Source of the DNA: Candidatus Hermodarchaeota archaeon
GTDB lineage: Archaea; Asgardarchaeota; Lokiarchaeia; Sigyniarchaeales; SOKP01
Assembly: GCA_048885535.1 (NCBI GenBank)
Contig: JBHLLO010000038.1
Coordinates: forward strand, 10,044-26,718
Direction of reading: 5' to 3'
DNA: 16,675 nt
Under the pieces are notes generated by a model that did not search any database, had not been told where the DNA came from, and saw only the letters and a program-made list of their open reading frames with translations. Both the position numbers and the translations under genes were made by a program. Numbering within the stretch: the first letter of the stretch is position 1; each line of letters opens with the position of its first letter. Positions 15,766 through 16,675 of the stretch are shown here, piece after piece.

Positions 15766-16399
15766 CCCAAATGTAGAGCAAAATTATCTTTAAATCATTA
15801 ATATTTTAATTAGATAAATCAAAAGAAGAAAAAAAGTTGTAATGGAATGAGATTTTAAGCCGAATTCGTGGAGGAATAATTATGGCCAAAATTTGACATT
15901 CCACTACATTGATAGAAAAAACTTTTTTTCTACAATATTCACAATAGTGACCCAACTATAAAAAGTTTTCGTCGATTTTATAAACGTTCTATTTAAATAA
16001 TCGATAAATTTACACTTTACAAATATATTTGAAATACTGTATAGTCTAATTTAGAACCATGTTCCTATTTTTCTATAGAAAAGCTAAGACGGTTCATAAT
16101 TTTAATTAAAAAAAAAATTTTTTCTCAAAATTCATAGGACATAGTGCAATTTTTATAAAAAATATATTCCCAATTTGAACACAAATTTTCTATAATGATG
16201 TTATTAACCAATCCAAAATAACATTTTATTAAGATCTTAATAAGCAAAAAGTCTTAGTCTGGTTTTTGAATTAATAAAAAAGCTTAATTTATTGACCTAA
16301 ACGTTAATCCTGTAGCAAAAGACTGTGTTTTTTGCAATCCAATTTAAAGTATTAAGAAGAGGAGATAGAAGTTAGAAATTGTAAAAAAAAACTTATAAA

Positions 16400-16675
16400 T
16401 TACTTCAATTCCCTTATGATTGCTTTTACTACATTTCTAGCTCCAACAGCAACACCCGTTACTCCACCACCAGACTCACTATATGCACCAATGTACCATA
16501 AGCCATCTATTGGTAATCGATGAGGTGGATTTTCTTCACCCAATACCGGAGCAGTTCCACCAAAACTATGACGGATCACATTTATTCTTTCTTTAAAGTC
16601 ATCAGGACTCATAATAATTATAACCTCCGAGCCTTCATATAATCCTGGAATAATTTTTTCAGCTTCCCTTATCAA
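16400..16675 (-). CDS. C-terminal part of a phytoene desaturase-like FAD-dependent oxidoreductase (runs off the window edge)
   Basis: IPGL...SPDDF...SFGG...PPHRLPIDGLWYIGAYSESGGGVTGVAVGARNVV matches the 'TPIxGLYLxGxxxxPGGGVxGxxxSG' C-terminal signature of the phytoene dehydrogenase-related family. Confidence 0.75.
   Translation of the reverse strand: MIREAEKIIPGLYEGSEVIIIMSPDDFKERINVIRHSFGGTAPVLGEENPPHRLPIDGLWYIGAYSESGGGVTGVAVGARNVVKAIIRELK

Noticed and set aside
1-16675. CRISPR array, tRNA/rRNA, transposase or integrase
   Set aside because: No regularly spaced direct repeats, GC-rich structured RNA segments or recombinase motifs were seen by eye. A covariance-model search could not be run.

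Overview
Very AT-rich archaeal-type window, most consistent with an Asgard archaeon (Lokiarchaeia-like). This is an inference from two stand-alone longin-like proteins, a SIR2-TPR protein, many coiled-coil proteins and ferredoxin-fused ETF. Ordinary metabolic genes lie at the flanks: a partial radical SAM enzyme, an MBL-fold hydrolase and an acyl-CoA dehydrogenase on the left, and etfB, ferredoxin-fused etfA and a partial phytoene-desaturase-like oxidoreductase on the right. Between the acyl-CoA dehydrogenase and etfBA is an ~11 kb block of ten co-oriented minus-strand genes. In transcription order these encode a SIR2-NADase+TPR protein, a 3-TM protein, a longin-like protein, an ORC/CDC6- or STAND-like P-loop ATPase with a C-terminal wHTH, two translationally coupled coiled-coil+wHTH proteins, a second longin-like protein, and two gap-free paralogous 'DWPY' coiled-coil proteins flanking an internally duplicated, Cys-rich OsmC-like protein. 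This block is the best candidate for an undescribed system (signalling, defence or cytoskeleton-like). No RNA genes, CRISPR arrays or IS elements were recognised.
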